DNA of 64,000 nt from a virus. The first letter of the stretch is position 1; each line of letters begins with the position of its first letter. Below, in pieces: positions 20,675 to 30,571 of this stretch. The stretch lies in IMG/VR virus record IMGVR_UViG_3300027850_000002, positions 32,001-96,000 of that record; one strand, given 5' to 3'. The position numbers and the translations under genes are program-made. The notes below the pieces were generated by a model, which was not told where the DNA came from, did not search any database, and was given only the letters and a program-made list of their open reading frames with translations.

Positions 20675-21211
20675 ATGCGAAAAACCCTACACGCCAGCGA
20701 AGGCCTTCCGATGATGGGGACCATCAGCATGGTCATTCGCGACGCGAAAACATTGAAGGTGCAGAAGCGGATCACGATCCGCAACAAAATCACCTTCCTT
20801 GCAGCAGACCTTCTGGTCGAGCTGATCGCACAACGCGCCACGGACCCCGTTCCTGGCCGGGACCTCATCTACTCGATGCGCATGGGCAGTTCAAACACTG
20901 CAGCTGCGCGCTCGGACACGAACCTTGGTGCATTCGTCGTCGGCAAGGTGATCGGTGACGTCGGTAAGGTCACCGGCGCCCCTGGCGAGATCAAGTTCAT
21001 CGCGACGCTTGATTCAGGTGATGCCAACGGTTTCACACTCCGAGAAGCGGGCCTTTTCACGGCAGGGGCGACGCCTTCAACGAACGACGCCCCGGGTAAC
21101 ACGCCAGGCGTCACCCGTATGTTCGCGCGTCAGGTCTATCCGGACGTGCCCAAGACAGTTGCAATCGTGATCGATTACAGCTGGACCATCGCATTCACTG
21201 CTGTTCCCTGA
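20675..21211 (+). CDS. Tail-fibre attachment / collar-like protein
   Basis: DANGFTLREAGLF...MFARQV...K motif; position before the fibre gene. Confidence 0.7.
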   Translation: MRKTLHASEGLPMMGTISMVIRDAKTLKVQKRITIRNKITFLAADLLVELIAQRATDPVPGRDLIYSMRMGSSNTAAARSDTNLGAFVVGKVIGDVGKVTGAPGEIKFIATLDSGDANGFTLREAGLFTAGATPSTNDAPGNTPGVTRMFARQVYPDVPKTVAIVIDYSWTIAFTAVP

Positions 21212-21235
21212 TCTTCGCCTTCAAGAGGTCTCCCC

Positions 21236-24200
21236 ATGCCCGGCCCTGTGAAACAGTTCCTTGACTACTCTTCGAACACGGCGAACGACACCGGCGAGAA
21301 CAACGCTGCGTCAGTCCAGCCGATTGCCAACGGCGAGACCGTTGAACAAACTGTTCTAAACCGGCCCGGCGAAAGTTTGCGTCAACGCACGGAAGCGATC
21401 CGCAACCTTGAGGCGGACAGCCTCTATCTGCGAGACGCGGACCGGCAGCTCATCCTTGCGGGCCCCGGCAAGGTCACCTGGCCGGGAAGCACGACCGCGG
21501 CGGCCTCCGGCATTCCTGTCATCGACAACAACCTCTTCCTGCTCCCGATGCTCACACCGGGATTTCCGCAGGTCACGCCGGTTCCGCCGGTGGCGTCCGC
21601 CTTCGGTGCGCTCCACCTCAAGCGCGCCAGCGACAGCATGAATTCGATCTCGGTCACCAGCCAGCGCCGGAGCTACGCGGCGGGTGATCAGATCAACGTC
21701 GTCGTCACGCCGGGCGCCGCGTTCTCGTGTGTGCTTGACGTCGAGACGACGTATCAACGGACGATCAAGATCGTCGGTGTGGTTGGCGTGACAACGCTCG
21801 CACAGACGATCACGGCCCTCAACGGGCTCACGCCGACCGCTCCCGACAACACACAGCTCGTACTCGCTGCACTCGAGGGTGGTGCCATTGGATCAGACCT
21901 CCTGCTGACGACGCAGGCCAAGCAGTACGTCACGGGCAACTACGACGGTGAAGGGCACACCATCACCCCCATGAATCTCGCGGGCTTCTTTGTTACGAAC
22001 CCGCTGCAGGCTTTGGGCGAAGGCGACAGCCTTTGCGTCAACTTCCCTATGGTCTCGGACACTGCATCCGTGGGCGGACGTCGACAAGCCCTCCCTGAGA
22101 ATTCGAACACCGCGATTGCGTCGGGTGCTTTTTTCAACAGTCGCGTCCATCCCGAGAACCTCGTCAACGCGCTGCCCATCTGCAAGGTTATCAACGGCAA
22201 CCTGGTGTTCGGCACTGGCGTTGAGATCCCTGCGGGCGCCACCAACGTGTCGCTCAGCACGGAAGACCTGGGTTCGCGCATCATGCGAAACGCGGGGTTC
22301 GAGCACGGCGTCACGCTCAGCACCGCGCGGTTCGGTATCTCCGACTGGGAGAACCGTTCGGACTTGGCAGTCAACGGCGGCTTTCGTTTGAATACGACGA
22401 CACCGCTCACAGGCGCCAAGCAGCTCGAGTTCAACCAAACAAGTGCTTCGGCGGCCACTGGACGCATCGAACAGCCACAGGAAATCGCCGTCAATCCAGG
22501 ACAGAACATTCGCGTCACTGCCGCCGTACGGCAGCTGATTGCCCCAACGGCTGGGCAGTACTCCGTTGTTTTGTACTGGGGCGATACGAACAGCGGTGCG
22601 TCGGGCAATACGACCATCGCGCTTCAGGTGCTTGCGTCCACGGACCCGACATACCGCCAGATCGCGCAGACGGTCGTGGTGCCCGCGGGCAAGCACTTCT
22701 TGAAGCACGTGACTATCGAAGTCACGGGCGTCACCCTCGGCGTGCCCGGTGTATCGCTGCTTGTTGACGATATCCAGGTCGTCGTCGAGACGCAGACGGG
22801 CATGACGCCCGCAGTCGACAACGTGCTCATGCGTCCTCAGACCGTGGACGCCGTGATCGTCGAGGACCCGACAACCTACGCACTTGGTCAGCTCGCCGCG
22901 TTGCTGCGTATGGACAAGGCCGTGCCTGCGTTGGAGGGTCGAACGATCCTCGAGCGTAAGGACCAGGATTACACCGCCGGGAATCTGCCGCCGGCGCTAG
23001 CGCTGTTCGGCCGTCTGTTCCAACTCGGATCCAAGTTGCTGGATTCGGAAGCTCACGCACTCAAGCCGCGTGTGTCCGCGGACTTTGCCGCGCTCGCGGG
23101 CGTGGACTTTACGCTCATGTGGGAATCTGGTCGTGAAGGTGAAGTTGCGGGTACGTACACGCAGCCTGTAACCCGTCTTTACACATCAAACGACGGGCAG
23201 TGGATTCACACGTCCAATGCCGCGTGGGGCGGCGCTACTTGGACCAAAGATGTCGCGGGGCAACCTGCCACCAAGTTCGGCATGGGCAAGGACGGACTGC
23301 GTATTCAAACGCGGGTCAGTGATGTCGCGTGGAATGATGCAGCATGGGCAGCCACGTACCGATTCACGAATCCGCTCGAAAGCGCATCCGACGCACGCAC
23401 TCCGCGCATGACGATGACGGGGTTCGACGGTGCTTCTGTTAACGAGTTCACTCAGTTGTTCGCCCTCAATTTCACAGGGTACACGCTCCGACTTTACGTT
23501 GGGCACCTGACTGACAACGTCGACCTTGCTCTAACGTTCAATGCACAGTGGAACGGGACTGGCTGGGTCAAGGACACCTCGGGCAAAGTTTCAACACGTA
23601 TCTACATAGGCTCTCTTGGTGCAACGTCTGCAGATACAAGCCGACTCAACATCTACCATCAGACGTGCAAGACGACGGATACGTTCCCAGAGTCTGATTG
23701 GACGGCGTCGCCGACCACGGCAACACCGACGGGAACGGGCGGCACGCTCATCACAGGACGTGTGTATGGCGGGGCCACGGCAACGGGCAGCACACCCAAC
23801 CCGCAAGGCCGACTCACTGCAGCGCCTGACGGGTTTGGCGACGGCGTCACATCGTCCTCGTTCGTTATCGATTCGCTCGAGTGCATTGAGACCCCGAACG
23901 TCGCGGTAGGAACCTACGGCGACCTCTGGTCCAACGGCGGAATGATCTTCGAGGAGTTCTTCAACAACGTTGCGCCCAGCGGTTGGCAGGCCGCGACATC
24001 AGGCGCAGGTGTCGTCGAATTCAACTACGAAAACCTTTCTCGCATCCGGTTGAACCCAGGCGCTTCTGATTCGGCTGGAATCCGAACCAATGGATTGGTG
24101 TTTCAGGCTGCGTACAGCTCCTTCACGATCGAGATGCGATACGTCAACGTGCTCGGCAAGTCGCAAATCGGCTACATGGACAGCGCGGCAAATCCAGACA

Positions 24201-24547
24201 TCGCGTTCTTGCAGGACAGTGCAGTTTACGGTGATGAAAATATCCGATTGGTCGTGCGTACAGGCGCCGGACTCCAGGTTCTCAACACCGGCATCAACGT
24301 TTCAACAATCGCGGATGACTGGGTCAAGATGCGTGTATTTGCACGCGGTGGAACAGGCCTGATCACAACAACATCCGTCTTCTGGCGTATCCAGGCCAAA
24401 AAGGGCAGTGGAGGCGGTGTGTTTACGCCAGGCGGAACTGTTGTCAATCCGGGCGCCGGTCGTGTGTGGCGTGCGGACGCTCAAAACGGCGCGTTGGTTG
24501 TCATCGATCGCGTGAGTCTTGGCGGCAAGAGCAACTTCTCGTTGTAA
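21236..24547 (+). CDS. Tail fibre / receptor-binding protein
   Basis: 1103 aa, Thr/Gly/Val-rich; carbohydrate-binding-module-like segment (NAGFE...VDDIQV); internal tandem repeat. Confidence 0.7.
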   Translation: MPGPVKQFLDYSSNTANDTGENNAASVQPIANGETVEQTVLNRPGESLRQRTEAIRNLEADSLYLRDADRQLILAGPGKVTWPGSTTAAASGIPVIDNNLFLLPMLTPGFPQVTPVPPVASAFGALHLKRASDSMNSISVTSQRRSYAAGDQINVVVTPGAAFSCVLDVETTYQRTIKIVGVVGVTTLAQTITALNGLTPTAPDNTQLVLAALEGGAIGSDLLLTTQAKQYVTGNYDGEGHTITPMNLAGFFVTNPLQALGEGDSLCVNFPMVSDTASVGGRRQALPENSNTAIASGAFFNSRVHPENLVNALPICKVINGNLVFGTGVEIPAGATNVSLSTEDLGSRIMRNAGFEHGVTLSTARFGISDWENRSDLAVNGGFRLNTTTPLTGAKQLEFNQTSASAATGRIEQPQEIAVNPGQNIRVTAAVRQLIAPTAGQYSVVLYWGDTNSGASGNTTIALQVLASTDPTYRQIAQTVVVPAGKHFLKHVTIEVTGVTLGVPGVSLLVDDIQVVVETQTGMTPAVDNVLMRPQTVDAVIVEDPTTYALGQLAALLRMDKAVPALEGRTILERKDQDYTAGNLPPALALFGRLFQLGSKLLDSEAHALKPRVSADFAALAGVDFTLMWESGREGEVAGTYTQPVTRLYTSNDGQWIHTSNAAWGGATWTKDVAGQPATKFGMGKDGLRIQTRVSDVAWNDAAWAATYRFTNPLESASDARTPRMTMTGFDGASVNEFTQLFALNFTGYTLRLYVGHLTDNVDLALTFNAQWNGTGWVKDTSGKVSTRIYIGSLGATSADTSRLNIYHQTCKTTDTFPESDWTASPTTATPTGTGGTLITGRVYGGATATGSTPNPQGRLTAAPDGFGDGVTSSSFVIDSLECIETPNVAVGTYGDLWSNGGMIFEEFFNNVAPSGWQAATSGAGVVEFNYENLSRIRLNPGASDSAGIRTNGLVFQAAYSSFTIEMRYVNVLGKSQIGYMDSAANPDIAFLQDSAVYGDENIRLVVRTGAGLQVLNTGINVSTIADDWVKMRVFARGGTGLITTTSVFWRIQAKKGSGGGVFTPGGTVVNPGAGRVWRADAQNGALVVIDRVSLGGKSNFSL

Positions 24548-24557
24548 GAGGTGAAAC

Positions 24558-25133
24558 ATGTCCCACAGCATCAACATCGACCTGCTTGAACAAATCGGCG
24601 CGTGCCGCCCGCACTGCATCAAACTGCGCGAAATCTTCCCGAACGGAGTGGTCGCGTTTGATGCGGAACACTTCCCTGAACTTCAAGACAAGAAGGTTCA
24701 GGTCTTTTGGGGGACAGCGCTGCTGTCACGAGAGCAGCAAATAGCGCTCGCGCTGTCCTGGTACGACCGTGCCTTGACCGCTCAGACCCCGACGTGGAAG
24801 ACGGCGCTCCGTACGTTGATCCAAACACCTGAACTGTCAGCCGCTGCGTTGCAGTTGAGTGCACGTCTCATTGAGCGTCGTGCGGTAGCCGCTACAGACG
24901 TTGCTGCTACTGCAACCGCGGGTGTTGGATACGCTGCTGCCGCATTCGCAGGCAAGTTCGCTGAGACGGTTCCGGACATGGAGCGGCTACTGGCCGCTGT
25001 GATGGTGTTGGCGCAATGGTGCGCGCAAGCTGCATCAGTCGCCGAATCGAAGACAATGGACGAAGTGCTCGACGAGTTTCGTTCGGACGTGTGGACTGCG
25101 CTCGAGAAGCACGGCCCGACTCTTCCTGCCTAA
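24558..25133 (+). CDS. Hypothetical protein
   Basis: GAGGTG RBS, 191 aa, Ala-rich. Confidence 0.7.
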   Translation: MSHSINIDLLEQIGACRPHCIKLREIFPNGVVAFDAEHFPELQDKKVQVFWGTALLSREQQIALALSWYDRALTAQTPTWKTALRTLIQTPELSAAALQLSARLIERRAVAATDVAATATAGVGYAAAAFAGKFAETVPDMERLLAAVMVLAQWCAQAASVAESKTMDEVLDEFRSDVWTALEKHGPTLPA

Positions 25134-25417
25134 GGAACTTCACGAACGATCGGTTCGCCGCCACCACCGACCACCCGGCAACCAAACTCCACCCAGCGCA
25201 CTCGCTTCCCTGCCCGGTGGAACTCGACAACGACGCCGCCCTGGCTGGGCAGCTCTTCGTTCATCGGCGTCTGCCAGTCGTACAGCGACTTTACGATGAC
25301 ACTGTCGTAGGCCGGATGGTCGCTCTCGTAGCAACCGAGGCCTTTCTGCAGGTAGTGGAACGCGTGCCGTTTCAACATGGGGGTCAGGCCCAGCTTGTGG
25401 TCGATCCGAGACGTCAT
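25130..25417 (-). CDS. Hypothetical protein
   Basis: 95 aa ORF coupled to the upstream gene by ATGA overlap. Confidence 0.6.
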   Translation of the reverse strand: MTSRIDHKLGLTPMLKRHAFHYLQKGLGCYESDHPAYDSVIVKSLYDWQTPMNEELPSQGGVVVEFHRAGKRVRWVEFGCRVVGGGGEPIVREVP

Positions 25418-25638
25418 CCTGCGCGCTTGGCGGTAGTCATGCCCCCGACCGTCTCAATGACGGAGAACTGCTCGTAGGTGAAGCTACCGATGTCACCCCG
25501 GCGAATCACCAGCTTGATGAGTCTCGCATTTGTCATGCAGCCATCACAAATGGCAGTCGCGGTCTTGCCCTTGGATGTGACGACGACGCCATCGTTGCTG
25601 GCGTCAAACGGCACGTTACAGTTGGAGCAAGTATGCAT
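25414..25638 (-). CDS. Small zinc-finger-like protein
   Basis: CSNC...CDGC. Confidence 0.65.
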   Translation of the reverse strand: MHTCSNCNVPFDASNDGVVVTSKGKTATAICDGCMTNARLIKLVIRRGDIGSFTYEQFSVIETVGGMTTAKRAG

Positions 25639-25658
25639 CTAGTACGTTTACCGCGCAA

Positions 25659-26225
25659 TCACAACATGTTGCAAGCAGAACGAAACGAAACGACATCGTC
25701 CAACCAACGAACGAAGTCGGCGTAAGACATTACGCCTTTGGCCCGGTTACACAACGCACAACTCGGGACCGTGTTCGCGTTCGTATACCCGGTTGTATTA
25801 TCGATTCGATCGATACCGTTGCACTTGATATGTTCCTTACGGGTGTTCCGCAACGGAGCCCTGCCGCAGTAGTGGCATTTATTCATTAGAAGACGGGCTG
25901 CGTCTTCCCAAGACAACTCCCAGACATGATTCCTACGTCGCGCATTCGTCATGTAGACGCCGATCACATGGTTAAGAGCAGGAACCACAGGGTCGGCGTA
26001 TCGAAAAGATGTCGGCGGAGTTCTGAGTCCGTTTTGTCGAGACTTCGAACGCCGTAAACAACCACAACTCTTAGTTCGACCACTTTTCAAATGGTGCGCA
26101 GCCACGCGCGTGGTGTTTCCGCATTCACAGCGACATACCCACATGCAGCTACGTCCGTTTGGATTGGTCTTTTCTACAACCGTTAGTTTTGTGTAAATCT
26201 GTCCGGTCAGGTCAATGAAACGCAT
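25659..26225 (-). CDS. Free-standing HNH homing endonuclease
   Basis: DLTGQ...WVCRCECG...SCGC N-terminal domain; CHYCG...GIDRIDN..GY...N.VPSC..CN..K. Confidence 0.88.
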   Translation of the reverse strand: MRFIDLTGQIYTKLTVVEKTNPNGRSCMWVCRCECGNTTRVAAHHLKSGRTKSCGCLRRSKSRQNGLRTPPTSFRYADPVVPALNHVIGVYMTNARRRNHVWELSWEDAARLLMNKCHYCGRAPLRNTRKEHIKCNGIDRIDNTTGYTNANTVPSCALCNRAKGVMSYADFVRWLDDVVSFRSACNML

Positions 26226-26228
26226 ACC

Positions 26229-28481
26229 TTATGCAATGCTGCATGCGCCGCCTGCACATGCGGCCTCGCCCGTCAGGTTCGTGCCGTCTTCGGCCTCGAA
26301 CACCGAGAGGTAGTCGATTGGCGTGTAGCTGGCGACCAACTCGTTCCAGCGTCGTTCTTGTGCCTCCGTTTTGACCGCCTCAAACGGAGCAAAGGCATAA
26401 AGCATGTCCCCGGAGTCCGGAAGTAGTGACACGCCTGTGAAGTCGTTACGGTGCGTCCACAGGTAGTCGGCAACCGACGCCCACTCGTCTGGACGGACGG
26501 TGATGGTGTTTGAGACGTTGTGCGAGAGTCCAGGTACCTGACTTGGACGAGTCGCTCCGGGGACCACCCAGTTTTGCTGGGTTGATCGCACTGTGTCCAT
26601 GAACACCTCGGCCGAGAGGTCCTCTTTGAGGGCTGCACCCTCAGGGGCCTCGACCGGAAATTCAATGACCCACTTTCCGTCCGGTTTACGAACACACATT
26701 GCAGGGTTCACTGTTTGGAACGCTTGGAACACAGTCTCAAGAGCGTCAGCGGTGACGCGACGGATGTAGCGCCGTGCGTGGTGTGGATGGATGCCCGAGC
26801 CGACGTTGCCTAGCTCGAGAGACGTCGTGCCTGACGGCTTCACGCACGTCGTGCGCGCTGCCTGATTGATACCAAGGAGAGCGGCGTACTCACGGTTCCA
26901 TTCGACAACCTGTGCGGCAACCTTGCGCTGGAACTCTGGGTCACACGCGATGTGAGGCGCATCCTGCATCCCCGTCATGCCGATGCCGAGCAGCGCATCA
27001 CGACGGACGATCGCTTCGGTGACCTTGCCCAGAAACGGCATATCGGTGTACGTCGCCTGCATCGTGCCGATGAGCGTTGCCGCCCAGGCAGCCTCGGAGA
27101 AGTCCTCGAATGAAGTGAGCTTCGCCGCGTTGATCTCGCAGAGGTTGCACATCGCCCAGCCGGTTGACGTCGAGCCGTCGTCATTGACGAGGAGCGGGTC
27201 GAGGCCGATTTCGGCGCAGGGGTTGGTGACGTGGTTGTAGTCGCTGACGAACAGGACGCCTGGCTCGCCGAAGTTCCGCGTCATCCCGAAGATGCGTTTG
27301 AACTGCTTCTCCTTGACCTCGTCACGTTTGAGCACGACGGAGTTGTTGGCGTTGGCCAGCCATGGTTCCTTGGCGTACCAATCACGGTCCGTCTTGATGT
27401 GCATCAATTCGCTGTCCTCGATCGAGAACAAACAGATCATCGCACTGCGACGAATGCCGCCCGAGAGCACAGCATCTGCCGCGTGGCACAGGATGCGATG
27501 GCATTCGACGGGACGGAGCTGCCGGCCTTGCGCGCTGTGGAGGATCTTGCGGATCTGTTCGAGGGCGAGCTTGAGCTTGCGATGTCCGGGTGCTCGGCCG
27601 CCGCTGGTCTTGAGCGGCGTGCCTGCCGCACGGATTTGGTTGTACGCGAATTCGACGTGGTAGCCGCCGATGTAGCCGTTGATCAACGCATCGAGTGCGT
27701 TGGCCCAGCCTTCGATAGTGTCGTCGATGAGGTGGTGGACGACCTTCTTCTCGTCGACGTCGGCAAGTGCAGGCAACTTCTCGACGTGCTCGATCTGCAC
27801 GGAGTACCCAACACCGCAGCCTGATAAGAGCAGGAACATCGCTTCAGCGAAAACGCGAGGGCGGTCAACGAGCGATGCGGAGCAGTTGTAGATGCGGTTG
27901 TGGTTGGCTTCGATAGCTGTTCCGCCAAATTGCATCGAACGCATCGACGGAAGAACTTCTTTGCGACGGACTGCTTCGTGCGCTCGTTTGATGAGCGGCA
28001 GCAGTTCGGGTATGTGAGCGAAGCGCCGCAGGTGCATGCCTTCTTCGCGGTCGACTGTCTCGTCGTAAACTTCGCGGCGCAGCAGATCGGGGACGTACCG
28101 TGCGTACTTGCTCGCGTGGATGTAGTCGGCGACCGCGGTAGCGTCAGGCTTGCGTTGGGCTGCGCGCGCCTCGGTCCGCTTCTGACGGTAGATGATGTAC
28201 GCCTTGGCAACCTTGAATTGCTTGGCGCGCATGAGCGCAACTTCGACGGCATCCTGAATCTGCTCGACGTTGGCGATGTCCGCACGCAGCGTTGCTGCAA
28301 CGAACGTTGCGACGCGCTGGAGTCCTTCCTCGTCGACAGCGCCTTCAGCCTCCAACCACGCTTTCCGCACCGCGCTCACAATCTTTCCCACGTCGAAGGG
28401 CTGAACCGTTTGTCCATCGCGCTTGCGCACGGTTCCTGGTTGAATGACGGGAAGGGTGAACGTTGTGTCAGCAGATTGCAC
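26229..28481 (-). CDS. nrdJ: Class II (adenosylcobalamin-dependent) ribonucleotide reductase with N-terminal ATP cone
   Basis: VRKRDG..FD..KI ATP cone; PSMR, YNCS, TNPCAEI, CNL, TCVKPSGT, C-terminal CAGGAC; no small subunit in window. Confidence 0.88.
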   Translation of the reverse strand: MQSADTTFTLPVIQPGTVRKRDGQTVQPFDVGKIVSAVRKAWLEAEGAVDEEGLQRVATFVAATLRADIANVEQIQDAVEVALMRAKQFKVAKAYIIYRQKRTEARAAQRKPDATAVADYIHASKYARYVPDLLRREVYDETVDREEGMHLRRFAHIPELLPLIKRAHEAVRRKEVLPSMRSMQFGGTAIEANHNRIYNCSASLVDRPRVFAEAMFLLLSGCGVGYSVQIEHVEKLPALADVDEKKVVHHLIDDTIEGWANALDALINGYIGGYHVEFAYNQIRAAGTPLKTSGGRAPGHRKLKLALEQIRKILHSAQGRQLRPVECHRILCHAADAVLSGGIRRSAMICLFSIEDSELMHIKTDRDWYAKEPWLANANNSVVLKRDEVKEKQFKRIFGMTRNFGEPGVLFVSDYNHVTNPCAEIGLDPLLVNDDGSTSTGWAMCNLCEINAAKLTSFEDFSEAAWAATLIGTMQATYTDMPFLGKVTEAIVRRDALLGIGMTGMQDAPHIACDPEFQRKVAAQVVEWNREYAALLGINQAARTTCVKPSGTTSLELGNVGSGIHPHHARRYIRRVTADALETVFQAFQTVNPAMCVRKPDGKWVIEFPVEAPEGAALKEDLSAEVFMDTVRSTQQNWVVPGATRPSQVPGLSHNVSNTITVRPDEWASVADYLWTHRNDFTGVSLLPDSGDMLYAFAPFEAVKTEAQERRWNELVASYTPIDYLSVFEAEDGTNLTGEAACAGGACSIA

Positions 28482-28500
28482 GATGGGGCTCCTTCGGTTG

Positions 28501-29052
28501 TCAGATCGCGTTCTTGATCAAACGACGCAGGTGGCGTCGGGGCTTCTTGTTTTTCCCGGGGTTTCGAAGCGTATGGAGAACGTCCATTTCGCAACGATGA
28601 CGGGCAATGTTCTTCGCATAGGTCCGAGCGATACAGGCCAAAAAAAAGGCGTCGGCTTGATCGTCGTTGGCACCGAAATCGTGGCCCTGGCTGGCGGCTG
28701 CAGCCAGCATGGCGTCCTTGCTAGCGTGAACCGATCCCGTAGCAAATTTCTTGACAAGCACGGGCGCTACCACGACGTAGGGAACGTGGTGCTCGTGGAG
28801 CAGCACTTTGAGGACTCCGCCTATCTCGCCGAGTTCAAACACGCGCCCCACAGAATCATAGGAGTAGCCCTCCAGCGTCGCAAACTCGACGCCGGCGAGA
28901 AAGTTCGCCACTGCGGTCTTGATGTAAACCAGGCGTTCTCCGTCCCGGAGGTCGTCTGTGGTGACCGTTGCGGACGCAACCAGGTCCCCTGCATCCGAAA
29001 GGATGCAGATGCCGGTGCCCGTCAGCGATTGATCGATCCCCAGGAACGCCAT
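28501..29052 (-). CDS. ruvC: RuvC-like Holliday junction resolvase
   Basis: LGIDQSLTGTG, LEGYS, VKKFATG, DDQADA. Confidence 0.88.
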   Translation of the reverse strand: MAFLGIDQSLTGTGICILSDAGDLVASATVTTDDLRDGERLVYIKTAVANFLAGVEFATLEGYSYDSVGRVFELGEIGGVLKVLLHEHHVPYVVVAPVLVKKFATGSVHASKDAMLAAAASQGHDFGANDDQADAFFLACIARTYAKNIARHRCEMDVLHTLRNPGKNKKPRRHLRRLIKNAI

Positions 29053-29073
29053 GCCACCCTAAGAGCCTGCCAC

Positions 29074-29081
29074 CCTATAAT
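29074..29081 (+). promoter_or_regulatory. CCTATAAT candidate phage promoter
   Basis: In the divergent intergenic gap, pointing to the + strand gene pair. Confidence 0.55.
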
Positions 29082-29141
29082 TTCCAGGCGTAGCGTCGCA
29101 AGCAAAGCGCGCTCGCATCACCGAAAAAGTTGGGAGATCTC

Positions 29142-29510
29142 GTGGTTAGTTTCACGCTTCACCAAGTTACGGCCATTGTTGATGGGCCGGCGTACCAGGT
29201 AACCAACGAGGTCACTGCTGCAACCGGCGCGAGTGTCGCAACATACGTGTTCAAAACAGTTGACCAGGCGTTTAGCCACTACGCAACGCCTGCTGATATG
29301 ACACAGTGGCCTGACAGTTATGCCTTGGCACAGCTCGCGGGAGCGGCCTTCTACCGCTTGCCTAGTGTCATCCGGACATGGGACACCGTGGTCCTTATGA
29401 ACGAGGACTTGGCCATGTCGCTCCGGAGGCTTCAGTTCCTCGCGGACGAGATGAACGCTCAGCAGGGCGCTCTCATCGTGGACCGTACAACCCTGGTTCA
29501 GGGAGCCTGA
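29142..29510 (+). CDS. Hypothetical, possibly virion protein
   Basis: GGAG RBS and GTG at 29142; downstream of CCTATAAT. Confidence 0.65.
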   Translation: MVSFTLHQVTAIVDGPAYQVTNEVTAATGASVATYVFKTVDQAFSHYATPADMTQWPDSYALAQLAGAAFYRLPSVIRTWDTVVLMNEDLAMSLRRLQFLADEMNAQQGALIVDRTTLVQGA

Positions 29511-29511
29511 G

Positions 29512-30492
29512 ATGGCTCTCTTTGAACAAGAGCGGCACGTCGAACTGGTCGAGAGCGCTGATCAGCTCTTCTTCGTTACGAGCCGGATAGTGTCTGCGGT
29601 TATCCCGGACCAACTCCCGCACCTGAACGTTTTTGTTCTCTCGGTTTCCAACGTCCTCGACCCGACCCAAGACGTGCTCGCTCGCGTTGCCAACCTGGCA
29701 GACCTTACGCTGATCCCAATTGGACGGGACCCTGGGATCGCTGCTCCCGGGATCAACGGCATCGAGTACCTGGCCGATACATCAACGAGTACGTACACCA
29801 CCCTCGAGACCGCCAACGATGCGGCCGTGGCCTTCCAGGACCGCGTCAACGCGCTCATCCAAGCGTGGATTACGTTCCGAACCGAGTTCAACGCGCCTGA
29901 GCCGACACCCGCGCTCTACACGTTCCCCACTGTCGATCCGTCTCAGTTGAACGCGTTGATTGCAGCGTACGCCGCAGCCAAGCAATTCGGCTACGCCCAG
30001 CTACAAACGAAACTCGCTGCTGACAACACGCTGCTCCTTGCACAAGCGGATTTCACATACAAACAAAGCCTGGTCCAAGGTGCGACGACCACGGTTTCTG
30101 ACACGACCAATGTCAGCAACAAGTTCATATCTACGGTCACGCAGTACGGCTCGCTTCTCACCGCGGCCAACACGTTCTACTCGTTGAACACGGGTGGCGC
30201 TGGTGCCGCGGCAATGGCCGCTGCCATCTCGACGGCGAATGCTCAACAGACGGCCATGCCGGGCTACCTGGCGGACGCGTTGGCTGCGATCACCAATGCC
30301 ACCAGCTATCTGACCAATCGTCAAAACGACATGAATGCGGCAGGCACGGTTCAAGCAACCGCGCAGTCCAACGCCATCACACAGACGCAACTTCTCACGG
30401 CTGCGAACGCGACAACGACTGCGGCTCTTGCGGCAGTCATCGCCATCTGTCCAGATTTCGACGCGACGACCATCGCGCTCGTCCCGGGCTGA
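29512..30492 (+). CDS. Hypothetical Ala/Thr/Gln-rich coiled-coil-like protein, possibly virion fibre
   Basis: 326 aa; long low-charge helical C-terminal half. Confidence 0.65.
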   Translation: MALFEQERHVELVESADQLFFVTSRIVSAVIPDQLPHLNVFVLSVSNVLDPTQDVLARVANLADLTLIPIGRDPGIAAPGINGIEYLADTSTSTYTTLETANDAAVAFQDRVNALIQAWITFRTEFNAPEPTPALYTFPTVDPSQLNALIAAYAAAKQFGYAQLQTKLAADNTLLLAQADFTYKQSLVQGATTTVSDTTNVSNKFISTVTQYGSLLTAANTFYSLNTGGAGAAAMAAAISTANAQQTAMPGYLADALAAITNATSYLTNRQNDMNAAGTVQATAQSNAITQTQLLTAANATTTAALAAVIAICPDFDATTIALVPG

Positions 30493-30494
30493 TC

Positions 30495-30571
30495 AAAAAA
30501 AACCGGCGCCCGCAAGAGTAACGCGGGTGGAACGTTGCTCTACACGGTGGGAACCGTGGCGTGCGCCGGCC
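30495..30571 (-). terminator. Intrinsic terminator-like GC stem plus U8 at a convergent junction
   Basis: GGCCGGCGC...GCGCCGG followed by eight U. Confidence 0.6.

Noticed and set aside
8722-21211. Bacterial contractile injection system or tailocin
   Set aside because: Terminase, portal-like and full replication genes on the same segment indicate a phage
21236-24547. Diversity-generating retroelement target
   Set aside because: No reverse transcriptase or template/variable repeat pair seen in the window
30501-30571. HDV-like ribozyme (starts GGCCGGC like HDV P1)
   Set aside because: The 3' strand of the stem runs into U8; no P1.1, P4 or catalytic-C segment follows
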